Shown piece after piece: positions 62,529 through 64,000 of a stretch of DNA of 64,000 nucleotides. The number at the start of each line of letters is the position of its first letter. Position 1 is the first letter of the stretch. Source of the stretch: Paecilomyces variotii (Eukaryota); assembly GCA_004022145.1 (NCBI GenBank), contig RCNU01000002.1, one strand, 5' to 3'. The translations under genes were made by a program, and so were the position numbers. The notes under the pieces are model-generated. The model searched no databases and was not told where the DNA came from. It worked only from the letters and a program-made list of their open reading frames with translations.

Positions 62529-64000
62529 GATCAGTCTGCGGCGGCAGGTCCAATATAAACAGGGGTAGGAAGAGAGGGGGACACCTATATGCAGCAATAT
62601 CATGCAGAAACAGTAAAAGAATAGGTACTAATAGGTACGAGCAGAAACAGGAGGTGTTGAAGAAGATAAGCACTAGCATAGGAGATCAGGAAATAGCAGA
62701 TCAAAGCTAACAGCAACAAGGACCAAAGGAGGAGGAGGGGGGAGTGGTAGCCAACCCCAATAAAGCGCAGCAAAAGGGTCACGTTTCTGGACAGGAGAAA
62801 GTTCGGACTCGGAGCGTTACTACCACAATGAAACACAAAACCAAGGCAGCCCAAAAATAAAGAGATAATTCCTTAGAGCCAGAAACAGCAAGGTCCTTAA
62901 AGCTTGAAACAGCGGGGTGGCTGTATGCGCCGCACCCGCGCCCCTCTCCACAGACATAACTAGATAACTTACTGATAAAAAGCAGAGTTCTTATGGTTTT
63001 AAATCTCTAATCTTGGAGATGTCTCCGGTCCGATCAAATTAAACTAGGTTACTACCTTACTACTCTCTTCTATCTCGAGGTGGATTTGCGGCGCATACAC
63101 GTATACACATAACAAGGCCCTGGGAGTCTGGGACTAATATTCCTCGCCGCAGCCGCGCAACTAAGACGAGCATTTTATGTTTCTAGTTTAGTGTCCCCGT
63201 CGGTAGGATTTAGGTAGGTCGTTGGTGTTTTAGCTGCAGATCTGCTGTCAGGACTCGGCTGCAGTGGCTATGCTATGTACGTCGTAACTCTCTCGTCGAG
63301 TCTCTTGCTTCCAAGTGGGGTGCGACACCTTCCATGAGGGAGAAACCTGCTGGGCGGGGTTTGCAGCCTTAGGTCAACTTAGTACTTAGTACACCGTGAC
63401 TGTGACTGTGACTGTAATATTCGACCTACGGGGTCGAGTTCAGGGTCCAGTCTTGTCTTGTCCTTTATGGTGGGTGCTACGTGGTATCGACGAATGGCGA
63501 TAACGGGGGATTTGCGACGCCTTGGTAGTATACCATAGCCTTGAGCATTTCATTCATCCAATGTTTCTGCTTGTACATACTATCCGAGCATGTGACTATC
63601 AAATCCCACTAGATCCGGAGTCTCAGCGTTTCACGTTGCCCCTGCGGTTCTCTGACAAAGCAGGATCCGTGAATGCGGGATGATAGATGCGCCGCAACAA
63701 TAGGTACTAGGAAGACGCCGGGCGAGATCGATGAGTTTGGAGCGGACATGCTAGACAGACCACGTGTGGGTGCTGGAAACGGAACGAAGTTATCATTTGC
63801 AAAGGTCGCAGACATTCGGCCGACCAGCTGCAGGCGGTCATCTTCAGCCCTACAGCGTGGAGACGTTGTGTCCCTACTTATTATTGCCACGCACACCGGG
63901 CCTTGGGGGCCGAATACGGGTTGCTAGTTGCCTCCACCATGGACGAATCTTCGACCGAGTGCTGGCGATATGCCTGCGGCGTTAAAGAATAAGGTGTCAG

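Noticed and set aside
63609-64000. Short ORFs and a possible splice acceptor at the window end
   Set aside because: No recognisable product; any gene would lie mostly outside the window.
1-64000. tRNA, 5S rRNA, Starship captain recombinase, telomerase RNA, TGA-CTA readthrough PTS1 signals
   Set aside because: Looked for by eye (readthrough only at a few gene ends) and not recognised; tRNAscan-SE, Infernal and HMM searches are needed to exclude them.

Overview
Eukaryotic genomic DNA from a filamentous ascomycete, most likely Eurotiales (inferred from short GT-AG introns with CTRAC/CTAAC branch sites, gene content and TpA-rich RIP-like patches). About 20 protein-coding loci were reconstructed by eye. 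Housekeeping genes: GCN20, a myo-inositol/sugar porter, SEC13, PEX20, SFH1, WHI2, dipeptidyl-peptidase III, SCY1 and a branched-chain aminotransferase. Accessory-looking material: a caspase-fold His/Cys protein, a three-gene cassette (Zn2Cys6 factor, isochorismatase-like hydrolase, MFS pump) sharing a CGG-N4-CCG motif and with a frameshifted regulator, an SRPK-like kinase, orphan proteins, two apparently RIP-destroyed gene relics and a possible solo LTR. No rRNA, tRNA, CRISPR array or intact transposon was recognised. The best leads are the non-canonical caspase-like gene, the probable non-AUG N-terminal extension of Whi2 and the three-gene cassette. All exon boundaries and family calls are manual and have not been checked against any database.
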